A stretch of DNA of 64,000 nucleotides, from positions 288,001-352,000 of the forward strand of contig CBDDCX010000007.1 in NCBI GenBank assembly GCA_965226375.1. The letters are read 5' to 3'. The first letter of the stretch is position 1. Each line of letters opens with the position of its first letter. Below the pieces are notes generated by a model, which made no database searches, was not told where the DNA came from, and was given only the letters and a program-made list of their open reading frames with translations. Below, piece by piece: positions 51,527-61,188 of this stretch. The DNA comes from Longimicrobiales bacterium. GTDB lineage: Bacteria > Gemmatimonadota > Gemmatimonadetes > Longimicrobiales > Gaopeijiaceae. The translations under genes and the position numbers were made by a program.

Positions 51527-53043
51527 CGGCTTCTCAGAGGCTGTCGGCAAGGGATGTGGCGGCCGGCATCGGCGTGGCCCTCGTCTTGATTCCTCAGGCG
51601 ATTGCCTATGCGGAGTTGGCGGGTCTCCCTAGCCGGCATGGGCTGTTTGCGGCGGCTGTCGCCCCGATCGCGGCGGCGTTCTTCGCCTCGTCGCCATACC
51701 TGCAGACCGGTCCCGTGGCGTTGACGGCCCTCCTCACATTTGCGGCGCTCGTCCCCATAGCCGCGCCGGGGTCGATGGAGTACGTGAAGCTCGCGGCGCT
51801 CCTGGCTCTGGTCGTGGGTGTCGCGCGCGTATTGGTGGGTGCGCTCAAGACAGGCTGGATCTCTTACATGATGTCCAGGCCCATGCTGGAAGGGTTTACT
51901 TCTGGAGCGGCGCTCTTGATCATCGGCTCGCAGCTTCCCGGAGTAGCCGGCGTCGAGATTCCGAATGAGGGGGTGCTGCAGGGTGCGTTCACGATGCTCG
52001 CGCATCCCGGGTCCTGGGAGCCTGCGGCTCTGGTCCTCGGTGCCATGACTGTGGTGCTGATATTCGGCGGCCGCCGCATTCACCCGTTGGTCCCGGGAGT
52101 GCTCATCGCGACCGTGGTGGGTTTGACGTTTTCGGTTGTGACCGGGTATACGGGCCCGACCGTGGGTGATGTTCGAGTGGGTTTCCCCCTCCCGGACGTC
52201 GACCTTCCGTGGAGGAGCCTGCGAGTGCTAATCCTCCCTGGCTTCGTGATCGCCCTGGTAGGTTTTGCCGAGGCCGCTTCGATCTCGCGGGTCTATGCCA
52301 CCAAGGAGCGGATGTCCTGGAATCCAGACCGAGAATTCATCAGCCAGGGTGCGGCGAACGTGGCAGCGGGCCTCTTCGCAGGATTTCCGGTCGGTGGTTC
52401 CTTCTCCCGGACCAGCTTGAACTACCTTTCCGGGGCCCGCAGCAAGTGGAGCGGCGCCGTCACTGGACTCGGCGTGCTCCTGTTCCTACCGTTCGCTCAG
52501 GTTCTCTCCCCTTTGCCTAATGCGATTCTGAGCGCCATCGTCATCGCGGCGGTTGCCCCGCTCGTCCACCTGAGACTCCTCGCCTCACTCTGGAAGATGT
52601 CTTGGCCTCAGGCGGCGGTGGGCTGGATCACCTTCGTCTTGACCCTCTGGCTGGCGCCACACATCGAGCAGGCCGTGGTGCTGGGGATCCTGGCGTCCGT
52701 TGCGGTCCACATCTGGAGAGAACTGAGACCGGGTGTGGAATCGTGGACCGACGCTCAGGGGGTACATCTGGAACCACAGGGGGTGCTGTGGTTCGGATCT
52801 GCGGCCTACCTCGAGCAGGTGGCGTCGGAGCGCTTGTCCGAGGCAATCGAAGCCGATCGCTTGATCCTGCACCTCGAGGGTCTTGGGCGCATCGATGTGA
52901 CTGGAGCCCTGGCGCTGAAAGAGATCATAGAAGAGGCGAAGCGCGGCGGATCCACAGTGGAGTTGGTAGGTGTACCCGAACACGCAGAACGGATTCTCCA
53001 GGGAGTGCTCGATTGGTATCCATCAGGGGCAGCGAAACAATGA
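51523..53043 (+). CDS. SulP/SLC26 anion transporter with STAS domain
   Basis: D..AG..VA.V.IPQAIAYA.LAG, GSFSRT and C-terminal STAS (IDVTG). Confidence 0.93.
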   Translation: MTASQRLSARDVAAGIGVALVLIPQAIAYAELAGLPSRHGLFAAAVAPIAAAFFASSPYLQTGPVALTALLTFAALVPIAAPGSMEYVKLAALLALVVGVARVLVGALKTGWISYMMSRPMLEGFTSGAALLIIGSQLPGVAGVEIPNEGVLQGAFTMLAHPGSWEPAALVLGAMTVVLIFGGRRIHPLVPGVLIATVVGLTFSVVTGYTGPTVGDVRVGFPLPDVDLPWRSLRVLILPGFVIALVGFAEAASISRVYATKERMSWNPDREFISQGAANVAAGLFAGFPVGGSFSRTSLNYLSGARSKWSGAVTGLGVLLFLPFAQVLSPLPNAILSAIVIAAVAPLVHLRLLASLWKMSWPQAAVGWITFVLTLWLAPHIEQAVVLGILASVAVHIWRELRPGVESWTDAQGVHLEPQGVLWFGSAAYLEQVASERLSEAIEADRLILHLEGLGRIDVTGALALKEIIEEAKRGGSTVELVGVPEHAERILQGVLDWYPSGAAKQ

Positions 53044-53294
53044 GTCGACAATCCGAGGGGGCTGGATCGACACCTCTGTCGGTATCCGGGCCGACGCTTC
53101 GTTGGACGCTGATCGGAGCGGTGGGGGTCGGAGGCCTGTTCGCCGCTCTCAGCGTCTACCGCTCTGTGGCCAGTGGCGGACCCGCGATCCAGCATCTGAA
53201 TCCCATTGCCGTCATGACCGTCATCGGCGCTACGGTCGGTGGCCTCATCGGTCCGATGGTCGGAGTGGTAGTGGCACGTTTCCGTAACCGATGA
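53040..53294 (+). CDS. Small two-TM membrane protein
   Basis: ATG overlaps the SulP stop; two hydrophobic segments. Confidence 0.6.
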   Translation: MSRQSEGAGSTPLSVSGPTLRWTLIGAVGVGGLFAALSVYRSVASGGPAIQHLNPIAVMTVIGATVGGLIGPMVGVVVARFRNR

Positions 53295-53334
53295 CGCTCG
53301 CCAATGCCGCCCCGCACGAGCCCGTGGACCGCCG

Positions 53335-54030
53335 ATGAACTTCGACGCCTTCGACTGCATCACGTTCGACTGTTATGGGACCCTCATCGACTGGGAGTCC
53401 GGAATTCTCTCGGCTCTGCGTCCGGTCCTGACCGATCACGGGGTGACGGTCGAAGACGAGGAGGTCTTGGCACTCTTCGGTACGATCGAGTCGTCGGTGG
53501 AGGCCGCGGGGTACCGCCCCTACCGGGAGATTCTGTGCGAGGTGGTCCGCGGCTTCGGAGAGGCTCTGGGCTTCATGCCGTCAGGGCCGGAACGAGAGTC
53601 TTTGGCCGAGTCGATCAGGGATTGGCCGCTGTTCGCCGACACTGCAGACGCCCTCGGTGCACTGAAGAAACGGTACCGGCTCGCTGTAGTCTCGAATATC
53701 GACGACGATCTCTTCGCGCATAGCGCCCATAAGCTCGGCGTCGATTTTGATGAGGTAGTGACGGCCCAGCAGGTGGGGTCCTATAAGCCGTCCCTCGAAC
53801 ACTTCTCGGTGGCTTTCGGCCGATTGGGTCATGGCCCGGAACGCATCCTGCACGTGGCTCAGAGCCTCTATCACGACATTGGTCCCGCTCGTGAGCTGGG
53901 ACTGTCATGTGTCTGGGTGAATCGTCGGGCGGGGAAGGCGGGTGCCGGAGCCACGGCGCCCGCCACCGCCGAGCCGGACCTCGAGGTGCCGGACCTCGAG
54001 ACGCTCACGATGCTCATGGGTCTCGGTTGA
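53335..54030 (+). CDS. HAD hydrolase, haloacid dehalogenase type II-like
   Basis: FDCYGTLIDW, SNID, YKP and HVAQSLYHD. Confidence 0.92.
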   Translation: MNFDAFDCITFDCYGTLIDWESGILSALRPVLTDHGVTVEDEEVLALFGTIESSVEAAGYRPYREILCEVVRGFGEALGFMPSGPERESLAESIRDWPLFADTADALGALKKRYRLAVVSNIDDDLFAHSAHKLGVDFDEVVTAQQVGSYKPSLEHFSVAFGRLGHGPERILHVAQSLYHDIGPARELGLSCVWVNRRAGKAGAGATAPATAEPDLEVPDLETLTMLMGLG

Positions 54031-54064
54031 CCCGACAGGGGCTCTCAGACAGGACGAGTGACGC

Positions 54065-54259
54065 ATGAACGACTCGCCGAGGGTGCCTTCTGGGGCCACG
54101 GAGTCCGCCGGTGGACATGGGGGCTTCATTACGGCCTACCTCTTGGCCACACCGGCCTTCGTCGTCGCCGACCTCACTTTCGATACGCCCTTCCGCGTGG
54201 CGGCTCTGGCAGACTCGAATCTCCGGTTCTTCTACTACGGCGGGGTCATGGGCTCATAG
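54065..54259 (+). other. Short membrane-protein ORF, possibly truncated
   Basis: 64 aa; ends abruptly at the start of an apparent second hydrophobic segment. Confidence 0.35.
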
Positions 54260-54304
54260 CGCCGATTCTGCCCCGTCTGATTCCCCTCCGATTGAGTGAA
54301 CGAC

Positions 54305-54895
54305 ATGGCTTGGATTGAACTCACGCCGATTACGCAGGCCACGGGTATCCTGAAGAGGCAGTACGACGCTGCCCTCGAGAGGGCCGGACGGGTCTGGAAC
54401 ATCATCCGGATCATGAGCCCCAACCCGTCGACGCTGGATGCCAGTATGCGGCTCTACGGTTCCGTCATGAAGGGGCCGTCTCCTCTGTCACGTGTGCAGC
54501 GCGAGCTGCTCGCCACGGTGGTCTCGGCCGCGCTCGATTGCCACTACTGAACGGTTGCGCATGCGCACGACCTCCGGGAAGAGGTCCAGGAGATGTTCGA
54601 TACCGATGGCGAGGCCGACGCATTCGTACACGCGGTGGTTCGAGATTGGACCACCGCGCCGCTCTCCGAGGCCGACCGGGCGCTCTGCACCCACGCGGTC
54701 CGACTGACGCATGAGCAGGGGAGCGTGAAACCGGAGCACCTCGAGCACCTGCGATCTCTGGGCTTCGATGACGTGGCCATCCACGACGCTACCCAGGTCG
54801 TGGCGTACTTCAACTACATCACGCGGATCGCGGATGGCTTGGGGATCGATCCCGAGGACTTCATCCGACCCTGGGGGAGTGAAGAGCCTTGTTGA
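54305..54895 (+). CDS. AhpD/carboxymuconolactone decarboxylase-family peroxidase-related selenoprotein (Sec at 54548-54550)
   Basis: Two in-frame ORFs are separated only by TGA in RELLATVVS...C-H-Y-[TGA]-TVAH, giving CxxU..H; the C-terminal half has AYFNYITRIADGLG; a SECIS-like hairpin follows. Confidence 0.85.
54569..54586 (+). promoter_or_regulatory. Candidate bacterial SECIS element
   Basis: GACCTC-CGGGAA-GAGGTC hairpin; the apical loop begins 24 nt after UGA and has G at loop position 2. Confidence 0.6.
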
Positions 54896-55647
54896 AGCAG
54901 GACGATGCAGCTCACCTGGCGGCACTGAACGCCGAGGTCGTCGCATGCACCAGGTGCACCCGTCTCGTCCAATGGTGTCGGGACGTGGCCGAGACCAAGC
55001 GGGCCGCCTACTCGGAGGACGAGTACTGGGGCCGACCCGTGCCGTCGTTTGGAGACCCCGGCGCCGGGGTCCTCGTCGTGGGGCTGGCACCCGCGGCCCA
55101 CGGAGCCAACCGGACCGGTCGAATGTTTACAGGGGACCGCTTGGGAGATTGGCTGTTTCGGGCCCTCCACCGTGCGGGATTCGCCAACCGTCCCGAGGGC
55201 CGGGCGGCCGACGATGGGTTGGTGTTGTCTGGAGTCTACATCACCGCCGCCGTTCGTTGTGCGCCACCGGACAACCGCCCCACATCCGACGAACGAGACT
55301 CGTGTCGCCCCTTCCTGGAGCGAGAGCTCGACGTCTTTGCTGATGTGGGGGTCATCGTCACCCTGGGGGGATTTTCGTTCGCGCAGGTTCTGCGACTCCT
55401 CGCAGCCCGCGGGGGGCCCGTCCCACGTCCTCGGCCGAAATTCGCCCACGGGGTGGAAGTCGGCGTCGGTGACACCACGGTGCTCGGGTCGTACCATCCC
55501 AGCCAACAGAACACCTTTACCGGAAGGCTCACGGAGCCGATGTTCGACGCGATCTGGGAGCGGGCACGCAGCCTCTCCAAGAGCAAACCCGAAGGGGCTT
55601 CTGCACCGAACTTCTCGACACCACGCCTCAGAGAGAGAGAGCAATAG
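54889..55647 (+). CDS. Uracil-DNA glycosylase family 5 (UdgB-like)
   Basis: GLAPAAHGANRTGRMFTGD, CAPPDN and YHPSQQNT. Confidence 0.92.
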   Translation: MLKQDDAAHLAALNAEVVACTRCTRLVQWCRDVAETKRAAYSEDEYWGRPVPSFGDPGAGVLVVGLAPAAHGANRTGRMFTGDRLGDWLFRALHRAGFANRPEGRAADDGLVLSGVYITAAVRCAPPDNRPTSDERDSCRPFLERELDVFADVGVIVTLGGFSFAQVLRLLAARGGPVPRPRPKFAHGVEVGVGDTTVLGSYHPSQQNTFTGRLTEPMFDAIWERARSLSKSKPEGASAPNFSTPRLREREQ

Positions 55648-55648
55648 G

Positions 55649-56860
55649 ATGTCCGAACCTATCAACCGTCGTCAGTTCGTCCAGACCGCGACTCTCGGGA
55701 TCGTGGCGGGCGCTGCGGCTCCGGCGGCCGCAAAGGAAACGATAACCCTCCGATCAGCGATCGAGGCTCCGGTCGTACATACGCCCCAGCTGATCCGCCC
55801 CCTCGTCATATCCGATCTCAGCGGAATCCGGTACCGCAACGGTGGTCCGCAGAGCAGCGTCGAGAGGGCCTTCGAGGGCATCACCCGGGGAGAAGACGTG
55901 CTGGACGCCCTCATCGCCGGCGTCAACATCCCGGAGTTGGACCCAGAGGAGTCTGGCATCGGTTATGGGGGCCTCCCCAACGCCGACGGCGTCGTGCAGT
56001 TGGACTCCTGCTGTATGCATGGGCCTAAGAAGTGGGCGGGTGGTGTAGCCTCGATCGAGGGGGTTCGTACCCCGTCTCTGGTCGCCAAGGCGGTGATGGA
56101 ACTCACGGATCACCACCTGCTCGCGGGACACGGAGCGCAGCAGTTCGCCCGGCAGCTCGGAATGACTGTGGAGGACGACCTGAACACCGAGAAGTCACGA
56201 TCTCTGTGGTTGAACTGGAAGCGCCGCATCGACCCGTCTCACTTCCTGGATCCCGATCAGCGGCGCCCACGGGGTGGGGGTGCTGGGGGCGGAAGCGGCG
56301 CCGCGGAAAGGGCCCGCTCACGCGCGTTCTACGACGCAGGGCTCCAGATGGTCAGAGAAGGGCTCATTTCAGCCGACAGTTTTTGGGGCACCACGAACTC
56401 GAACGGAATCTCGCCTCAGGGGGAGATCTGTGGCGTTACCACGACGTCGGGCCTTTCATGGAAAATCCCCGGCCGAGTTGGCGACTCACCGATCCTCGGC
56501 GCCGGGCTCTATGTGGATGGCGACGTCGGGGCTGCGGGATCCACCGGGCGGGGAGAGGCCAACCTGTTCAATCTGGCGTCCTTCCTGATCGTGGAGAGCA
56601 TGCGGAACGGTCTGAGCCCCAAGGACGCCGGCATGGTGGCCCTGAGACGCATCCAGGAGAACACGGTCGAAGAGAGGCTCTTGAACAGTCGCGGTCTCCC
56701 GGCCTTCGATGTCCGTTTCTTCGTACTCAACAAGAAAGGCGAGTACGCAGGTGTGGCCATGTACGGGGCTCGAGAGAGCAACTACGCCATCTGTACGGAG
56801 AACGGAGCGGAGGACGTGCCGTTGGAGGGTTTGCTGGAGGGATCACCGACCCAAGAGTAG
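55649..56860 (+). CDS. Tat-exported Ntn hydrolase, asparaginase-2/glycosylasparaginase family
   Basis: NRRQF Tat motif, GYGGLPN, G|T cleavage site, TTTSGL..K.PGRVGDSP and GSTG.GE. Confidence 0.9.
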   Translation: MSEPINRRQFVQTATLGIVAGAAAPAAAKETITLRSAIEAPVVHTPQLIRPLVISDLSGIRYRNGGPQSSVERAFEGITRGEDVLDALIAGVNIPELDPEESGIGYGGLPNADGVVQLDSCCMHGPKKWAGGVASIEGVRTPSLVAKAVMELTDHHLLAGHGAQQFARQLGMTVEDDLNTEKSRSLWLNWKRRIDPSHFLDPDQRRPRGGGAGGGSGAAERARSRAFYDAGLQMVREGLISADSFWGTTNSNGISPQGEICGVTTTSGLSWKIPGRVGDSPILGAGLYVDGDVGAAGSTGRGEANLFNLASFLIVESMRNGLSPKDAGMVALRRIQENTVEERLLNSRGLPAFDVRFFVLNKKGEYAGVAMYGARESNYAICTENGAEDVPLEGLLEGSPTQE

Positions 56861-56871
56861 ATGCCGGACGG

Positions 56872-57969
56872 TCAGTCTCGAGCGACCTCGCGACCCGACC
56901 CGTCGAGCAGTGCGCCCACTCCTTCGGAGGTGTGCTTGTTGGCCGCGACGGTGATCGGCAAGCGCTGTAGGTGGCGGTCTCGCACGTCCTCCGGAGTCAG
57001 CTCTTCGTCGATGATACGGGCGAGCTCCTCCTCTCGCTTCCACATGAACTCGAGCGACTTCAGCTCGAGCTCCATCATGCGCCTCTCCACGCTGTCGTTG
57101 ATGGCGATCTCCAGGGCGATGGACTGCGGCTTTCCCATGCCCCAGAGCGACTTTCGCTCCCGACTGACGCGCATCTCGAAGGCCTCGGGAGAGCCCTCGC
57201 TCTCGATCAGGTGTGCCGCATCCTTGATGGTCGCCTCTCCGGCACCTGCGATGTGCTGGTACGCCAACACCCGGCGAAGCACATTCTGTGCCTCGGGACC
57301 GTCGATGCGGTGAACCTTCTCGGGGGTCCATGGATCGCAGCGTGGGCAGGGTACCTCCACTGCTGCGTCTCCCGACGCCGAGTCGATGTGCGGATAGACC
57401 CACCAGGAGAGATCATAGCGGAGAGCTTTCAGCGAAGTGTTGCAGTAGGGACAGTCGATGCTGCCGTGCCAGGCCGCCCACCCGAACCGACGCCAGCGCA
57501 GGATGTCCACGGCGGGAGCATCATCCCAGCCGATCTTCAGGTCCTCATCGCCCAATCCCACGATGTCGGACAGATAGGCCATGGCCCCGAAAGTATAGGC
57601 CGTGATCTGCGAGCGTGTACCTTGGAAGCGGGTGCGGCGCGCGTCGAGCTCCCGGCCGTATCTCCACCAGGCTTGCTCGGCCAGCCCGGCCTTGCCCACC
57701 CGAATCAGGAACAGTGCTCCGGCTGAAAGGAGAACGATGTTATCCGTCTCGGCGACCAGCCGAGACTTGTCTCGCACCATGCGCTCGAGTTGGTGAAGGG
57801 CCTCCCACCGCTGCTCTATGGGACAGAGGTTCCAGCGGTGACAACCGTCACAGACAACCCAGAGACGGCCTCGTCCGGGATCGAACGCCAGGCGGCGTCC
57901 CGGAGGCAAGCGCCCGAAAATCCCATTCTCGGGGAAAGGCGCATGACAGAAAATGCAGCGTGTGAACAA
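56872..57969 (-). CDS. Hypothetical protein with four CxxC motifs
   Basis: CIFC, CDGC, CPYC and CPRC, an acidic coiled C-terminus, and a G-rich RBS. Confidence 0.75.
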   Translation of the reverse strand: MFTRCIFCHAPFPENGIFGRLPPGRRLAFDPGRGRLWVVCDGCHRWNLCPIEQRWEALHQLERMVRDKSRLVAETDNIVLLSAGALFLIRVGKAGLAEQAWWRYGRELDARRTRFQGTRSQITAYTFGAMAYLSDIVGLGDEDLKIGWDDAPAVDILRWRRFGWAAWHGSIDCPYCNTSLKALRYDLSWWVYPHIDSASGDAAVEVPCPRCDPWTPEKVHRIDGPEAQNVLRRVLAYQHIAGAGEATIKDAAHLIESEGSPEAFEMRVSRERKSLWGMGKPQSIALEIAINDSVERRMMELELKSLEFMWKREEELARIIDEELTPEDVRDRHLQRLPITVAANKHTSEGVGALLDGSGREVARD

Positions 57970-58169
57970 GACATCCCCCCAACCGACGTGCGGCCCTCAA
58001 GGGCCCACGATTCTACCACCCATCCACCGAACTATAACACACGTCCAACTTCCGTCGAACCCTGCAGTGAAGGACCCCCTGGACGGCTCACCCGTTCCAG
58101 AGGCCCGAATCGACCGGTTCCCGCTACGGCTTCTCTGGCGCTGGATTCTGTGAAGGACAATCATTCAGC

Positions 58170-58664
58170 ATGGAGAACTCGAATCCGAAACTGAGCCCGG
58201 CCGGCTCGGAAGTCGCTCTGGCAGTGGAGCGCCTCGCCGCTGCCAGGATCGGACGCGCGCTTCCTGCCCTGGCGTTGCTGGCCGTTTATGGGCTGCTTCA
58301 GAGCATTCGATTCGGGTTCGCGAGCGCGGACTATGTCGTCGTTTTCGTGGGTGCCCTGTTGTCTGCCGGCTCGATGGTCGCCTATGGTACCGAGGCGGTA
58401 AAGAGCGTGATGGACGAGAAGAGCTCCTGGGCTGGGCTGATCTATGCGGGCAGCTTCGTACCCTACCTGTTCGGGGGCTATCTCATCATAACCAGGGGCC
58501 TTGAGCTCTCTCGCTCGTTTGATCCGTTCGACGCTGGTGGTCTGGTCGTGACGTTGGCGCTCATGCTCGTCGCTGTACTTTTTATGCGAGCTCATTGGAA
58601 ACTCACCGAGGTTCACCTCTTGGCCCGCGAGATGGCGGGACTGGCCAACATCGGATCTCCGTAG
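58170..58664 (+). CDS. Hypothetical four-TM membrane protein
   Basis: Four hydrophobic segments. Confidence 0.7.
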   Translation: MENSNPKLSPAGSEVALAVERLAAARIGRALPALALLAVYGLLQSIRFGFASADYVVVFVGALLSAGSMVAYGTEAVKSVMDEKSSWAGLIYAGSFVPYLFGGYLIITRGLELSRSFDPFDAGGLVVTLALMLVAVLFMRAHWKLTEVHLLAREMAGLANIGSP

Positions 58665-58674
58665 AATTTGACGC

Positions 58675-58950
58675 ATGCGATGCTACATCATCTCATACGA
58701 ACTCAAGCAGCCGAGAGCTGCCTACATCGATTTTTTCAGTGAGCTCAGATCGTACCATGCGAACGCGCAGATTCTCGAACATGTGTGGGCGGTGGTGACG
58801 GATGGCTCGGCTGCGGATATCCGGGACCGGCTCTGGGAGCTTCTCGACCCCGACGACGGAATTCTTGTGCTGGAATCGAGCCGCGAAGCGGCGTGGCAGG
58901 ACGTCCGGTGTGAAAACCAATGGCTGAGGGACAACCTGACCAATGGCTGA
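58675..58950 (+). CDS. Small Cas2/VapD-like ferredoxin-fold protein, not CRISPR-linked
   Basis: N-terminal YIISYEL strand, ILEHVW and C-terminal AAW...WLRDNL. Confidence 0.6.
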   Translation: MRCYIISYELKQPRAAYIDFFSELRSYHANAQILEHVWAVVTDGSAADIRDRLWELLDPDDGILVLESSREAAWQDVRCENQWLRDNLTNG

Positions 58951-58961
58951 GGGACAACCTG
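58916..58961 (+). repeat. Perfect 23-bp tandem duplication
   Basis: ACCAATGGCTGAGGGACAACCTG x2. Confidence 0.97.
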
Positions 58962-59842
58962 TAGGTCAGGGGAGGGACCTCAAGGACCGAGTCCGGGAGT
59001 CTCTCGAGAGCTGGCCGGAACGGAGAGTCGGGCAGGTGGGTGTCGGCCTCTTATTCGTCTTGGGAGCCCTGGACCTGTTGGCTGGTCCGACCCTCTCCCT
59101 CCTTCCCCTGTACGCCGGACCCGTTGCCCTTGTCGCGTGGCTGGCCCGTCCCCGTGTTGCTTACGCCCTCGCCGTGCTGGCCGCCCTCACGCTCGTCGGT
59201 GTCCCGCTTCTGACGAGTACAGGGCAAGATCCTGTACTGATCCTCTGGAACATCACGTCTGTGGCCCTTCTGCTCCTGATCGTGGCCTGGCTCACCGTCA
59301 CACTCGCGAAACGCCTGACAGAGGAGGCCAGCTTCGCCGCGACCGACACACTCACCCGGCTGTTGAACCGCGGCACTTTCATCGCAAGGTTGGACGCGGA
59401 GCTTGCTCGGTCTTCCCGCTACGGGCGAGCCTTCACGTTGGCTTACGTCGATTTGGATCACTTCAAGGAGGTCAACGACCTGGAGGGCCACGACGCCGGG
59501 GACGAGGTCCTGAGCAGGGTTGCCGATACCCTGCGGTCCAGCACGCGGTCGACCGACATCCTGGGTCCCCTGGGTGGGGACGAGTTCGCCGCCCTCCTCC
59601 CGGAGACGACCGTGGGACCGTCGAGATCCGTTCTGGAAAAGCTTCAAAACAATCTGGCTCAGGCCATGAAGAAGGGCGGTTGGCCGGTGACGTTCAGCAT
59701 TGGCGTCGTGACCTTCGAGGTGTCGGTCGACACGAGCCGTGACGCTCTGCGCGTGGCCGACGAGGCGATGTACGCCGTGAAGCGGGCCGGGAGGAACGGG
59801 ATTCACCACCTCGTGTGGGACGGTGTCGCAGCCCTTCCTTGA
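58943..59842 (+). CDS. Membrane-bound GGDEF-domain protein (diguanylate cyclase)
   Basis: N-terminal TMs, DTLTRLLNR, DLDHFKEVND..GH..GD, RSTD I-site and GGDEF. Confidence 0.92.
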   Translation: MAEGQPVGQGRDLKDRVRESLESWPERRVGQVGVGLLFVLGALDLLAGPTLSLLPLYAGPVALVAWLARPRVAYALAVLAALTLVGVPLLTSTGQDPVLILWNITSVALLLLIVAWLTVTLAKRLTEEASFAATDTLTRLLNRGTFIARLDAELARSSRYGRAFTLAYVDLDHFKEVNDLEGHDAGDEVLSRVADTLRSSTRSTDILGPLGGDEFAALLPETTVGPSRSVLEKLQNNLAQAMKKGGWPVTFSIGVVTFEVSVDTSRDALRVADEAMYAVKRAGRNGIHHLVWDGVAALP

Positions 59843-60025
59843 GATCAGTCCGGGTGACCACGAGTCTCGCGACCCCTACCATGTCCAGAGCCTACATCGC
59901 CAAAAACTCGCGAACATGGCTCAAGAAGAAACCGTCGGTGTATGTGCTGGTCCCAGTTTGAATACGATGTCGGCTGCGACAGGCGGAGCCTGCTAGTACC
60001 AAAGTCTGACCAGGGAGTATGACGA

Positions 60026-61143
60026 ATGCGGCCCAAAATTTCTCTGCTGGCGGGTGCTCTTCTTGCCCTCACCACGATACCCGCTTTCGGGGGTCCAACC
60101 CGGTACGCGGCTCAAGAACTCACCGTGGAGGAGTACACACCACGCAAGACGCTGGTCGTCTCGGAGCACCCCCTGACGCGGGCCCGTTTCCCCTTCGTCG
60201 ACATCCACGGTCATCAGAGAGCCACCCGCATGTCGGCCGCCGACGTGAACAAGCTCGTGGGCGAGATGGACGAGCTCAACATGGCGGTAATGGTCAACCT
60301 CTCGGGTGGGAGCGGGGACGTTCTGGTATCGGGCCTGGAGAACATGACGCGAGACCATGCCGGGCGCTTCGTCTTCTTCGCCAACGTGAATTTCCAGGGT
60401 GTGGGTGAGCCCGGTTGGGGCGAGCGGGCGGCGGCGCAGCTCGAGGTGGATGTTCGGAACGGGGCCGCGGGACTCAAGATCTTCAAGAACCTGGGGTTCT
60501 CGGCGCTCGATACGGACGGGAAGAGGATCCCCGTGGACGATCCACGCTTGGAGCCCGTCTGGGACAAGGCCGGGGAGTTGGGAATTACCGTCCTGATCCA
60601 CTCCGCCGATCCCGCAGAATTCTGGAAGCCCTTCGACAAGTTCAACGAACGCTGGTTGGAGCTCAAGCTCCGTCCGGGTCGAATCCAGCCTCCGGGGAAA
60701 TCTGCGCCGTGGGAGACGATCATCGGTGAGCAGCACAACCTGTTCCGGAGCATCCGAACACCACGTTCATCGCCGCGCATCTGGGCTGGCTCGGCCACGA
60801 CCTGGGGCGCCTGGGAGAACTCATGGACGAGCTCCCCAACATGAACGTCGGGCTGGGAGCCGTGATCTACGAGTTGGGAAGGCAGCCTCGTTTCGCCGCC
60901 AAGTGGCTAGGCGAGTACCAGGATCGGGTGCTGATGGGGAAGGACTCCTACAACCAGGAAGAGTTCTACACCTACTTCCAGGTCTTCGAGACGGATGACG
61001 ACTACTTCGACTACTACCGGCGTTATCACGCCTTCTGGCAGATGTACGGCCTCGATCTACCCGATGAGGTACTGAGGAAGATCTACTACCAGAACGCCGT
61101 ACGGCTGGTGCCTGCGATCGATGAATCTCTCTTCCGGGGATAG
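60026..61143 (+). pseudogene. Exported amidohydrolase (Amidohydro_2), frameshifted (real lesion or sequencing error)
   Basis: DIHGH, GLKIFK and LIHSADP, then HPNTTFIAAH and MGKD in the next frame; one base is missing near 60749. Confidence 0.85.
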
Positions 61144-61188
61144 GGGCGGGGTGAACCGCGCGTCGATCGAGAAGACCGTGGTGACCCC

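Noticed and set aside
58675..58961. CRISPR locus
   Set aside because: The two 23-bp copies are adjacent with no spacer, and there are no cas1 or effector genes.
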